This document shows, in pieces, positions 8,451 to 17,554 of a DNA stretch of 64,000 nt. The position numbers and the translations under genes are program-made. Under the pieces are notes generated by a model. That model was given only the letters and a program-made list of their open reading frames with translations, was not told the DNA's origin and ran no database searches. The DNA comes from Acidimicrobiales bacterium (GTDB lineage Bacteria > Actinomycetota > Acidimicrobiia > Acidimicrobiales > UBA8190), in NCBI GenBank assembly GCA_035535015.1, contig DATLQU010000035.1:10614-74613 (forward strand). The letters are read 5' to 3'. The first letter of the stretch is position 1; every line of letters starts with the position of its first letter.

Positions 8451-10196
8451 TCAGGCGGACACGGTGGGGGCGGGCGTCGAGGACCCCGGGACCGGTGCGA
8501 CGGTTTGCCAGTTCGCCCTCGACGGTCTGACCGACGATCCCGGACCGGTACCCAGGGTGGCGTAGACGTTCTCCATGGCCCGGAGGAGTATCTCGGTGAC
8601 ACCGGGCACAGCGGCCGGAACGACGATGGTGGGAAACGCCGTGGTGTTGGAGAGCTTGTTCACCCAGGAGGCGTTTCCTGTGGCGAAGACGCCGCCTCCG
8701 CCCGGCGATGTATACCAGGTGACATCGGAGTAGCGACCCGGGCCACGGTTGGTCACCGGCGAGTGGGCGAAGATCTCCACGTCGCGCGGACCGGGGACGG
8801 CGGTGTCGAAACGGTCGTACTCCCCCTGGACCACGTGGGGAAGGGCCTGACCCGTCGTGACACCGGTCCCCGCCCACAACCACAGCGAGGCGTCTGCCAC
8901 CAGCATGTCGGCGTCGGCCCCGACGTCTTGGTACATGCTCCCGATCAACTGGCTCTCGGCCCACGAGGTCGGCGGAGCGGCCCATTCCGGTCCCGTCACC
9001 AAGGCATTGTCGGTTCCGAACAACGGGTCTTCGGCGGCTGACTTGTAGCAGACCTGGATCCGGTTGGGACCGACAGGTGAGGGCTGGAAGCGGATCTGTC
9101 GGTAACAGGCGTTGGCGCCCAGGAATCCCAGGTTGACACCGACGGTGTGCGCCCAGGTGGCCCCGTCGCGCATGGGCCGGGACCAGTATTCATCGTGGCC
9201 CAGGCTGAGCAGGCAGCGGTGCTGGAGGAGACGTTGCGGCTGTTCGTGGAGGTCGACGTCGGTCCAGTAGGTGACGTCGAGGCCGAGGCTCTCCATATGG
9301 AAGATCAAGGGGAATTCGTTGCCCATGAAATCGGACGCCCCCTGGGCCCAGTCCTGTGAATAGGGACGGTCGAACGACACCAGCCGGGACCGGTGGGCGA
9401 AGTCCTTCCCGTCCGTGCCCTGACCGAAGGCCAGGCCACCGGCCGTCAACCCGTTGTACAGGCTGTAGCCGCCCCAGAGGTTGTAGGCCTGCCAGGTCGT
9501 CACACTGTGCTGGATGACGAATGCCGCCCTGCTGGCGTCGTCTCGCACGCACAGAGGGACGTACTGCTGCTCGCCCGCGTCACCCACCAGCTTGAGCAGG
9601 TAGGCGCCGGGGGGCCAGGTGGCGTCGATCGGGATCGACACAGACGGCGTCCACCGGGTCTGCACCGTATTGAATCCCGGGATGACGGTGGGAGGAGGCT
9701 GTTCGACCCCGGCTACATCGTCCGAGGTCCATACGAGACGGCCTCCGAGGCCTTGGTAGTACCCCATCCGGTAGGCCTCGACATGAAAGCTCCGAGCGGT
9801 GGTGCTCACATAGAGGTTGACGTTGGTCCCGGCGGCCGCACTGGTGACATCGGCGAACCCTTCGATGGACCGCGGCGTCTGGGTGCCGGTGACGATCCAT
9901 CCGGTCGTCCCGGGACGGGCGTTCTCTATTTTCACCCAGGTGGCCGTCGGGACCACGGCGCCTCCGGGCAGTGCCGTCAGCTGCACGCCGGGGGGGGCGT
10001 GGGGCCTTCGGCGAGGTGCCGCCGGATGACGCAGCGGTTTGGCCGCTCCGGCCGAAGCCAGCTCGGTGACACCGAAGAAGGCACCGCCGAGCCCGGTACC
10101 CGCCAGGATGCGGCGGAGAAAGGTGCGGCGCGAGACGCGATACCGGTGGTTGGCGGGCCCGGACGCTTCCGTCATCTCTCCCACGGTTCTCTCCAA
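8451..10196 (-). CDS. Tat-exported conserved protein, resembles the N,N-dimethylformamidase beta-subunit-like family
   Basis: Twin-arginine leader SRRTFLRRILAGTGLGGAFFGV...ASAGAA. The block AFVIQHSVTTWQAYNLWGGYSLY matches what I recall of that family. The family assignment is from memory only. Confidence 0.5.
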   Translation of the reverse strand: MERTVGEMTEASGPANHRYRVSRRTFLRRILAGTGLGGAFFGVTELASAGAAKPLRHPAAPRRRPHAPPGVQLTALPGGAVVPTATWVKIENARPGTTGWIVTGTQTPRSIEGFADVTSAAAGTNVNLYVSTTARSFHVEAYRMGYYQGLGGRLVWTSDDVAGVEQPPPTVIPGFNTVQTRWTPSVSIPIDATWPPGAYLLKLVGDAGEQQYVPLCVRDDASRAAFVIQHSVTTWQAYNLWGGYSLYNGLTAGGLAFGQGTDGKDFAHRSRLVSFDRPYSQDWAQGASDFMGNEFPLIFHMESLGLDVTYWTDVDLHEQPQRLLQHRCLLSLGHDEYWSRPMRDGATWAHTVGVNLGFLGANACYRQIRFQPSPVGPNRIQVCYKSAAEDPLFGTDNALVTGPEWAAPPTSWAESQLIGSMYQDVGADADMLVADASLWLWAGTGVTTGQALPHVVQGEYDRFDTAVPGPRDVEIFAHSPVTNRGPGRYSDVTWYTSPGGGGVFATGNASWVNKLSNTTAFPTIVVPAAVPGVTEILLRAMENVYATLGTGPGSSVRPSRANWQTVAPVPGSSTPAPTVSA

Positions 10197-10454
10197 CTGA
10201 CGACCCTGTGATTCCCGTCACCGGCCGGCCACCTTCTCGGCGCGTGCGCAGGCGGCGACTCTCCGCGTATGTGCCTCGCTCGGTAGGTGTATAGCCCGTA
10301 GAAGGGTGCCGGGGAACGTCGGGGCGGCGGCTCAGGAACGATTCGAGCTCTTGGCGGGCTCGCCCCCCGCTCGTTCCACGCCGCCGAGAGCCGGCTCCCG
10401 AGCCCACGGCATCCATCGACCCGAGGTCCGATCGGTGGATAAGGTCACCGGGGT

Positions 10455-11504
10455 ATGGGCACGTCCTGGCCGTCGTCGGAGCCTTCGTCGGCAGGCCGGG
10501 GGTCCTGGCCGGCCGAGCTGCTCGAGGTTTGGGAACGGTCGGTCACGGCCGAGTACGGGAGCTTGACCCGGACCGGCTCGCCCGTGACCGTGCCCACGAC
10601 CCCGTACGTCAGTGCGGACGGGCGCACCCTCGACGTATCGACGGGACTGACCTATCCGGCCAAAGCGGAGCGAGCCCGGCGTGACCCCCGTGTCTGCCTT
10701 CTCTTCGCCGACCCCGGGGGTTCGGGGCTCGACCATCCGGTCATGATCCTGGTGCAGGGACTGGCCACCGTGCGCGACGCCGACCTCCAGGCCAATACCG
10801 ACCGCTACATACGGCTCAGCAGGAGGAAGCTGCCCGAGGTGACGAAGGGCCAACCCAAGTTCGTGCTCCAAAGGATGGGGTGGTACTACGCCCGGATCTG
10901 GATCGAGATCACGCCCTTGCACCTGAGATGGTGGCCCAGCCGGCTGCTGGACGAGGAGGCGCAGTCCTGGCACGCCCCCGAGGGGACGGCAGCGCCTCTT
11001 TCTGATCCCGCGCCCACGGGCTCTCAACCGAAAGCCTGGTTGACGCCGCCGAAGTCGTGGCGCCGGGGGGTCGAAGAGCTCTGCACCCGGATGGCGCTGC
11101 AGGACCTGACCGTGGTCGATGCCAACGGCTTCCCGATGTGCGTCCCCGTGATCAGCACGCGCCTGGTCGACGACGGATTCGTCCTGCAGCTGGGCCGCGG
11201 GGTACCGACTCTTGCGGAGGGCCCCGCCTGTCTCACCATGCACGCGCATCCCGAGAAGTTCACGGGTCAGGAGAACCACACGTTCGTGGGCCGGGTGGTA
11301 CCCGAGGAGTGCGGAACCGACCATGGCGTGGTGGTCCGGATGCTGGTGGAGCGGGCGTTGGCCGACTGGAGCGTCGCCGGCAGCCGGGCCCAGTCGGCCA
11401 TCGGTTTCCTCCGCAAGGGCCGGCTCCTCGCACCCCGACTCCGCTCCGAAGCCGACAGGCGGTTCCAACCGGTGCCCACGGTGAGGTTTCCGGCGCGACC
11501 CTGA
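10455..11504 (+). CDS. Pyridoxamine-5'-phosphate-oxidase-like (FMN-binding split-barrel) family protein, apparently two-domain
   Basis: 349-aa ORF with normal coding composition. Segments such as GSPVTVPTTPYVSADGRTLDVSTGLTYPAKAERARRDPRVCLLFADP resemble PNPOx-like proteins. The start codon is uncertain. Confidence 0.45.
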   Translation: MGTSWPSSEPSSAGRGSWPAELLEVWERSVTAEYGSLTRTGSPVTVPTTPYVSADGRTLDVSTGLTYPAKAERARRDPRVCLLFADPGGSGLDHPVMILVQGLATVRDADLQANTDRYIRLSRRKLPEVTKGQPKFVLQRMGWYYARIWIEITPLHLRWWPSRLLDEEAQSWHAPEGTAAPLSDPAPTGSQPKAWLTPPKSWRRGVEELCTRMALQDLTVVDANGFPMCVPVISTRLVDDGFVLQLGRGVPTLAEGPACLTMHAHPEKFTGQENHTFVGRVVPEECGTDHGVVVRMLVERALADWSVAGSRAQSAIGFLRKGRLLAPRLRSEADRRFQPVPTVRFPARP

Positions 11505-11580
11505 GCGGTGCCGGACTCCGGCGCCGGCCGGATCACCGAGGAATCAGTCCTTGCTCACCGGGCCCCGTACGACTGGTAGC

Positions 11581-11638
11581 GCCGTCCCCGGCGCTATGCC
11601 CAGGCCGTCCCCGGCGCTATGCCCAGGCCATCCCCGCC
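11581..11638. repeat. 23-bp tandem repeat, 2.5 copies
   Basis: gccgtccccggcgctatgcccag x2 (11581-11603 and 11604-11626), then a partial copy gccatccccgcc. Confidence 0.9.
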
Positions 11639-11969
11639 TTCACCTGGAACGCGCTGATCCCTCTGGTTCCCACGGTCCCACGGACCGGGCGGCGATCGCC
11701 TCAGGAGATTTCTGGACGACGGCGAAGTGTCGGCGGGCTTCGTCCACCGGCAGGTGGGCCAGCTCGAACCAGTCGGTCCGCATGAAGTCGACACTGCCAG
11801 GCACCGCGCACCCCGCCGCATGGCGTCAGCCACCCTGGTCGGCATGCCCTGCTCGGAGAGATGGCCGGGGAGTACTCGAAAAGGCCCGCACCGGTGCGGG
11901 GATAGCCCGTCTCGAACAGTGCGACGACCATGGCCAGAAGGGAGAAGGCCCGAGTGACGGGCACGGCCC

Positions 11970-13559
11970 CTATGGCGCACCGAGAGTCGGTGCCAGGGGA
12001 ATCATCTCCTCGTTCTCATAGGCGCGCAGACGGCCGAAGAGGTCACGCAGCTCGTTGCGACGAGACCGGTCGTTGGCATTGTTGACCAACTCCAGAGGAT
12101 CGGAGTCGTGGTCGTACCACTCGTGGTCCTGGTCGTCGAAGGCGCAGTCCAGATCGAAGAGCTTGCGACCCGGGTCCTTGCCCCACAGGCCGGTCGACGG
12201 CTTCCCGCCCCCCACGCCGTAGTAACGGGCGTACTTGGTCGTCCCGTCGAAGAAGCCCCGCAGGGCGTACCGGACATTGTTCAGATTCTGGGTCTGGGCC
12301 GAGTCCTGGGCGAACAGGACGTGGTCGCGGACCGACGCCGCCGGGTCGGTCAGGACCGGAGACAGATCGCGGCCCTGGAGTCCGGGGCTGTCGGCGGCAG
12401 TCGTCGCGGTGGGGTCGATCCCGGCCAGGGAGCAGATAGTGGCGGCCAGATCGACGTGGGTGGCCAGGGCGTCGGCGGCCGTGCCGGGGGGGGTCAGCCC
12501 GGGGGCCCGAACGTAGAGAGGGACCCGCATGATCTCGTCGTAGACGAAGGGACCTTTGGACCGCAGGCCGTGCGATCCACACATGTCACCGTGGTCGGAG
12601 GTGAAGATCACGACGGTGTCGTCGGCCGCCCCGCTGTCGTCCAGGGCTTCGAGCACGGTCCCGAGACTCCGGTCCGCCAGGCGGTGGAGTTCCACGTAGT
12701 AGTCGAGATGACGCAACCAGGCCTTCTTGTCGGACGGCTCGATGTATCCCCAGAGGCCGTGCTGCTGGTCCCAACGCCACTGCCGGTGGGCCTCGGGTTT
12801 GGCATGGAGGTCGTCGGAAAAGTTCGCCGGAAGTTCCTCGAAGATCTCCTCGTAGCTGTCTGTATAGATAGGAAGGGCGTCGTCCTCCTTCCAGGCCGCA
12901 CTCTCGAGGACGCGACGAATGCCCGCCACCTCTTCGGGATGGCGCTCGCGGTAGCCGGGCTGGTCGACCGGGAACCACATGACGTCATGGGGATTGACGA
13001 GGGCCACGGTCAAGAACCAGGGCGGCTCCGCCGAGCCGGTGGCGGCAGGACCGGCGTTGGTGCGAAGCCAGTGGGCGGCATTGGAGGCGATAACCGGATC
13101 GAAGTGGACGCCGGTCCCGGCCCAACCCATGAAGTGACGATCGTTGCCGTCCCAGTCGGAGAAGCCATAGGACTCCATGTCCGGATGTTCCGACTGCGAG
13201 AGGTGCCACTTGCCGATGTACGAGGAACGGTACCCGGCGGCCCGGAGCAGGGAGCCGACAGTGGGGACCGACGGGTCGAGCTCGGCGTGCTCCGGCATGA
13301 TCACGTTGTCCGTGACTCCATGGCCCGGGAGGTAGCGACCGGTGATGAGGCTGGCCCGGCTGGGCGAGCAGGGTGAGGAGTGGGTGTAATAGCGGGTGAA
13401 CTCGAGGCCTTCGGCGATCAGGCGATCGCGCCAGGGCAGACGGACCGAGGGGGGCAGCCAGGCCCGCTGACGTTCCTGGTCGGAGACGACGAGAAGGATG
13501 TTCGGACGACGGCTCTCCCTCGGCGTTCCCTGCTCTCGGCCTCTTTCTCCGTCGACCAC
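11970..13559 (-). CDS. Sulfatase (arylsulfatase family)
   Basis: NILLVVSDQ and the formylglycine signature HSSPCSPSRASLITGRY (C-x-P-x-R), plus FTSDHGD. I trimmed the 722-aa track ORF to the GTG at 13559, which has GGAGG 10 nt upstream. The longer N-terminus is Arg/Gly-rich and is antisense to the GNAT gene. Confidence 0.85.
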   Translation of the reverse strand: MVDGERGREQGTPRESRRPNILLVVSDQERQRAWLPPSVRLPWRDRLIAEGLEFTRYYTHSSPCSPSRASLITGRYLPGHGVTDNVIMPEHAELDPSVPTVGSLLRAAGYRSSYIGKWHLSQSEHPDMESYGFSDWDGNDRHFMGWAGTGVHFDPVIASNAAHWLRTNAGPAATGSAEPPWFLTVALVNPHDVMWFPVDQPGYRERHPEEVAGIRRVLESAAWKEDDALPIYTDSYEEIFEELPANFSDDLHAKPEAHRQWRWDQQHGLWGYIEPSDKKAWLRHLDYYVELHRLADRSLGTVLEALDDSGAADDTVVIFTSDHGDMCGSHGLRSKGPFVYDEIMRVPLYVRAPGLTPPGTAADALATHVDLAATICSLAGIDPTATTAADSPGLQGRDLSPVLTDPAASVRDHVLFAQDSAQTQNLNNVRYALRGFFDGTTKYARYYGVGGGKPSTGLWGKDPGRKLFDLDCAFDDQDHEWYDHDSDPLELVNNANDRSRRNELRDLFGRLRAYENEEMIPLAPTLGAP

Positions 13560-13655
13560 GTCGGCGCCCCCTCCTCTCCCGGCGGTGGACGCCGGATCCT
13601 TGGACGGTAGCCCGACTGCGGGCCCCGGTCGGCCGGGCTCTACACTGCCGGTTTC

Positions 13656-14135
13656 GTGACCGGTCCCCGCCCATCCGCCGCTCCGCCAGACGGGATCGAG
13701 GTGACCGAGGTGACGTCGGTGACACCCGACATCATCGAGGCCCTGTCCCGGTTGATCCCCCAGCTCTCGTCCTCCGCCCCGGCGCCCACGGCGGCCGAGG
13801 TGGCCGAAATCGCCTCGTCTCCGGCCACCGTGCTGCTGGCGGCGCGCGACGAGGGCGGCGGCATAGTGGGCTCGCTCACGCTGGTGCTTTTCCGGGCCCC
13901 GACCGGGCCCCGGGCGTGGATCGAGGACGTGGTGGTCGACACGTCGATCCGGGGCCAGGGGATCGGCGCCGCTCTCGTCCTCGAAGCCCTCGACCGGGCC
14001 ACGACGGCCGGAGCCCGGACCGTGGACCTCACCTCCCGTCCTTCGCGCCAGGCGGCCAATCGCCTCTACGGGCGGCTCGGCTTCGAACGACGCGCCACCA
14101 ACGTCTACCGCTGGAGTCGCCCCGACGACGCCTGA
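13656..14135 (+). CDS. GNAT-family N-acetyltransferase
   Basis: Acetyl-CoA motif A: IRGQGIGAALVLEALDRA...ANRLYGRLGFE. Confidence 0.8.
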   Translation: MTGPRPSAAPPDGIEVTEVTSVTPDIIEALSRLIPQLSSSAPAPTAAEVAEIASSPATVLLAARDEGGGIVGSLTLVLFRAPTGPRAWIEDVVVDTSIRGQGIGAALVLEALDRATTAGARTVDLTSRPSRQAANRLYGRLGFERRATNVYRWSRPDDA

Positions 14136-14153
14136 CACGATGGGGTTGTCCGG

Positions 14154-15299
14154 GTGTCGGTGCCGGCTGCGGTGGGTAGTCTCGATCCGGTGAGCACATT
14201 CATCACACGGTTCGAGACGTCGGGATCCGGAGTGCGTCTCGCCGTCAAGGACCTGATCGACATGGAGGGCGTTCCCACGACGGCCGGCTGCCGGGCGGTG
14301 GCCGATGCCGCCCTACCGGCGGCGGCCGATGCCGCCTGCCTGGCCGGTGCCCGGGCGGCCGGCGCCCGGATCGTGGGACGGACGAACCTGCACGAGCTGG
14401 CCTTCGGCGTGACCGGGGTGAATCCCTGGTTCGGCACGCCCGTCAACCCCCTCGACCCCACCCGGGTGCCCGGAGGCTCGTCCAGCGGATCGGCGGTCGC
14501 CGTCGCCACCGGCGAAGCCGACGTCGCCTACGGCAGCGACACCGGGGGTTCGGTGCGGATCCCGTCAGCCTGTTGCGGGACGGCGGGATTGAAGACGACG
14601 TGGGGGCGGGTCCCTGTCGAGGGCGTCTGGCCTCTTTCCCCCAGCTTCGACACCGTCGGTCCCATGGCCCGCGACGTGAGCGGGATCGAGTTGGGCATGG
14701 CTCTGCTCGAACCTGGCTTCGCCGCCGCCGCCCCGTCAGCCTGGCGGGTGGGCCGACTGCGGGTGGAGGCCGACCCCCTGATCGACGCCGCCATCGACCG
14801 GGCCCTGGCCGCCACTGGTTGGGAGATCGTGGACGTCGAGATGCCCGAGTGGCAGTCGGTGACGACAACGGCCGGGCTCCTGCTGGCGGCCGAGGCATGG
14901 AACAGCAACCGGGTGTTGGCCGAGACCCACCCGGACGGTATCGGCCGGGACGTTCTCGACCGGCTGCACTTCGGCCGCGACTCGTCCGATCAGGTTTCGC
15001 TCTCCGCCGCCCGGACGGCCCAGTCCCTGTGGAGCACTCGGCTCGCCGGGGTGATGTCACGGGTCGACCTGCTGGCGCTTCCGACCCTGACCATCTTTCC
15101 CCCCGTGATCGGCGAAGGCCACGACCTGCTGGTGGCCCGCTGCACCTTGCCGGTGAACCTGGCCGGGCTTCCCGCGCTCTCCCTTCCCGTGCCGAGCGAC
15201 GGTCCCCTGCCCGCCAGCCTGCAACTGGTGGCGCCCATGAACGCCGAGGAGACCCTGGTGGCCGCCGGGCTCGTGGTGGAGGCGGCCAACCGCCAGTAG
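14154..15299 (+). CDS. Amidase-signature family enzyme
   Basis: GGSSSGSAVAVATGEADVAYGSDTGGSVRIPSACCG is the amidase signature. Confidence 0.85.
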   Translation: MSVPAAVGSLDPVSTFITRFETSGSGVRLAVKDLIDMEGVPTTAGCRAVADAALPAAADAACLAGARAAGARIVGRTNLHELAFGVTGVNPWFGTPVNPLDPTRVPGGSSSGSAVAVATGEADVAYGSDTGGSVRIPSACCGTAGLKTTWGRVPVEGVWPLSPSFDTVGPMARDVSGIELGMALLEPGFAAAAPSAWRVGRLRVEADPLIDAAIDRALAATGWEIVDVEMPEWQSVTTTAGLLLAAEAWNSNRVLAETHPDGIGRDVLDRLHFGRDSSDQVSLSAARTAQSLWSTRLAGVMSRVDLLALPTLTIFPPVIGEGHDLLVARCTLPVNLAGLPALSLPVPSDGPLPASLQLVAPMNAEETLVAAGLVVEAANRQ

Positions 15300-15328
15300 G
15301 TGTCCGCGCCCGGGATGTCAGTTCCCCT

Positions 15329-15793
15329 TTAGCGGCTCACGTATCGAAACCGGGCCACGAATCTTGCGGAGGCGGTCCCTGTCTTCACCGGGAGCTTGAG
15401 TTCCTCGGCAAACAGATCGGTGAACGCCCTGACCCGTTCCCCATGACCGCGGGTGAGGCGATCGTGGGCGTTCAGCGCCCCCGCCAGGGCGAGGTTCTTC
15501 TCAGCCGCCACCACGGGTTCGTCTTCAGTCCCGTGGGTCCGAGCCTCCTCGACCCGGCGAGTCAGCTCCCGGGTACTCCCCGCCTTGCGGGCCACCGCCA
15601 GGCGTTTGGGCGCACGGTCGGGAAAGACCATCGTCATCTTGAGCAACACCGCAAGTGGCAGTGCTCGTCGAGCAATCCGGTCGGTCGCCATGAGGACCAC
15701 CGTCGGGACACCGAAGACCGTTACCCACCAGCCGATCCACCAGAGCGGCACGAGGAGCCGGGGAAGCACATGAGCAGTGATCGGTGTGGCCAC
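15329..15793 (-). pseudogene. Internal fragment of a membrane-bound HD/HD-GYP-type phosphohydrolase (truncated at both ends)
   Basis: The ORF has a TM segment, then VFPDRAPKRLAVARKAG..., then the start of an HD domain (HDRLTRGHGERVRAFTDLFAEELKLP). It stops about 20 aa later. The LHD(I/V)GK histidine/aspartate core expected next is absent in all three frames before the convergent amidase stop at 15299. Confidence 0.55.
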
Positions 15794-15826
15794 GATGGAC
15801 GAATCGTCGGAGAGATGACCCGCCCG

Positions 15827-16210
15827 CTACAGACTGCCCTCTGGCGGTGGGGATCCGGGGGCCAGCGGGCGGCGATGGACCACCACTTCCGACCGCTCGG
15901 GATGATCGGGATCGAGACGAATGTCGTGGAGGTCGTCGTTGGGGGGGTCGCCGGCCGCTTCCTGGACGATGGCCACCTCGTCGTCGGGCCGTCCGTAGAT
16001 GGCGTCGCGCAGTCCCAACATGGCCGCGCCGAGGACGCCGCCCACCGGATGACTGCGCCAGGCGGCCAGTCGGGGCCCGGCGTCGGAGTCGTCGGCCACG
16101 TCGGCGTCGGTCTGGTCCAACCAGGCCAGCCACTGCTCGTCGGTCCAGTCCTCTGGATTCGCCGGTGGCTCCCCGGGCGGTGCCGGTGACGACGGGGGCA
16201 TGTCACCCAC
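15827..16210 (-). CDS. Hypothetical acidic protein (127 aa)
   Basis: Protein-like composition, e.g. EDWTDEQWLAWLDQTDADVADD...GVLGAAMLGLRDAIYGRPDDEVAIVQE. No family recognised. Confidence 0.45.
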   Translation of the reverse strand: MGDMPPSSPAPPGEPPANPEDWTDEQWLAWLDQTDADVADDSDAGPRLAAWRSHPVGGVLGAAMLGLRDAIYGRPDDEVAIVQEAAGDPPNDDLHDIRLDPDHPERSEVVVHRRPLAPGSPPPEGSL

Positions 16211-16261
16211 GGTACCGGCCCCTTTCCCCGGACCACCCTCGGGTGCAGAAACGGCGGAGAC

Positions 16262-17554
16262 TCAAGCCGGAGTGGGTGGGTCCGGATGTTCGTGATCCCG
16301 GACGACGCCCCGAGGGCCGGCTCCGTCGGCCGTGGTGGCGTCGGTACCGGCGTCGACCCGTCGACGCCAGGCCGCCTCAGCCCTGATGACGACCTCACGG
16401 AGGGGGAGGCCGGTGCGCGCCGCCACGCGGGCGGCGTCGGCGTGTTCGACTTTGACCCGGCCCGGACTGACCTTCACCCGAACGGCCACTCCCTGCACTT
16501 CGACTTCGTCCATCGCCCTGGTGGCCGGCCATCGTTCCTGAGAGGTGGCCCGGACACCGAGACTGCCGGTCTCGGCTCGCAGTGTACGGCGAACGGATTC
16601 GGTGAGGGCGGGATCCACGAGCGCACTGACGGTGTGACCGGGGCGGCCTTTCTTCATGATGACGGGGGTGATCCAGGCGTCGAGGGCGCCCACGTCGAGA
16701 AGGGCCTGGACGGAATGGGCCAGGGTCTCACCGGTGGCGTCGTCGAGATTCGCTTCGAGCAGCAGCACCGGCTGTCCGGGCTGGGCCACGGCCAAGGACT
16801 GCCCCACCACGACCTGGGTGCAATTGGGGAGACCGTCGAGTTCGTTGCTCCCGGCGCCGAAACCCGACGAGGCGATCAGCATCGGGGGCAGCGGCCCGAA
16901 AGAGGTGGCCACGGCGGCGAGGAGGGCGGCGCCGGTGGGGGTGGTGAGCTCCACGGAGACATCGCGACCCCAGGTGGGAACTCCCTGGAGGAGCCGGACC
17001 ACGGCGGGCGAGGGGTTGGGGAGAAAGCCGTGGGAGGTGCGGACGGTGCCCGTGCCGGTGGCCACGGAGGACGCCGTGACGACGTCCACCCCGAGAACCT
17101 CGAGGGCGGCCGCCGTGCCGACGACGTCGATGATGGTGTCGTGCGAGCCGACCTCGTGGAAATGGACCTGGGCGGGTGATCGCCGGTGGAGTCGACCCTC
17201 GACGTCGGCCAGGGCGGCGAAAGTGTCGAGGGCCCGGCGGGCCACGCGGGGCGGGAGGCGGGCCTCTTCCACCAAACCGACGATGTGGGAGTGGGTGCGG
17301 ACGATGACGTCGTCGGTGACCTCCACCACGGCGCTGGTGGCGGCGATGCCGGCGCGCAGCACGGGCTCGGTGCTGAGATGCCAGCCGGAAAAAGGCAGGC
17401 GCTCCAGGAGATTCAGGACCTCGGTGAAATCAGCTCCGGCGTCGAGGAGGCTGCCGAGGGCCATGTCGCCGGCGATGCCGGCAAAGCAATGGAACCAGGC
17501 GATGGTCACCGATGGGCCCGATTCCGGCGCGGCCGGCCCGTGATGGCCGGTCAC
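16262..17554 (-). CDS. larC: LarC, nickel-pincer cofactor nickel insertion protein (DUF111 family)
   Basis: N-terminal FHCFAGIAGDMALGSLLDAGAD and overall length are typical of LarC. It overlaps the larB stop by 4 nt. Confidence 0.85.
   Translation of the reverse strand: MTGHHGPAAPESGPSVTIAWFHCFAGIAGDMALGSLLDAGADFTEVLNLLERLPFSGWHLSTEPVLRAGIAATSAVVEVTDDVIVRTHSHIVGLVEEARLPPRVARRALDTFAALADVEGRLHRRSPAQVHFHEVGSHDTIIDVVGTAAALEVLGVDVVTASSVATGTGTVRTSHGFLPNPSPAVVRLLQGVPTWGRDVSVELTTPTGAALLAAVATSFGPLPPMLIASSGFGAGSNELDGLPNCTQVVVGQSLAVAQPGQPVLLLEANLDDATGETLAHSVQALLDVGALDAWITPVIMKKGRPGHTVSALVDPALTESVRRTLRAETGSLGVRATSQERWPATRAMDEVEVQGVAVRVKVSPGRVKVEHADAARVAARTGLPLREVVIRAEAAWRRRVDAGTDATTADGAGPRGVVRDHEHPDPPTPA

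Noticed and set aside
11970-14138. Long N-terminal extensions of track ORFs: sulfatase 722 aa, kdpB 965 aa (47665..50562), nuclease 722 aa (61772..63940), PHP 700 aa (58761..60863), tetR 459 aa (22829..24208), cyclase 467 aa (39617..41020), receiver 394 aa (53724..54908), and rhamnosidase to 38050.
   Set aside because: The extensions overlap well-supported neighbouring genes on the same or opposite strand and are compositionally non-protein-like. Internal ATG/GTG starts give sensible signal peptides, SD sequences or 4-nt overlaps with the upstream stop.
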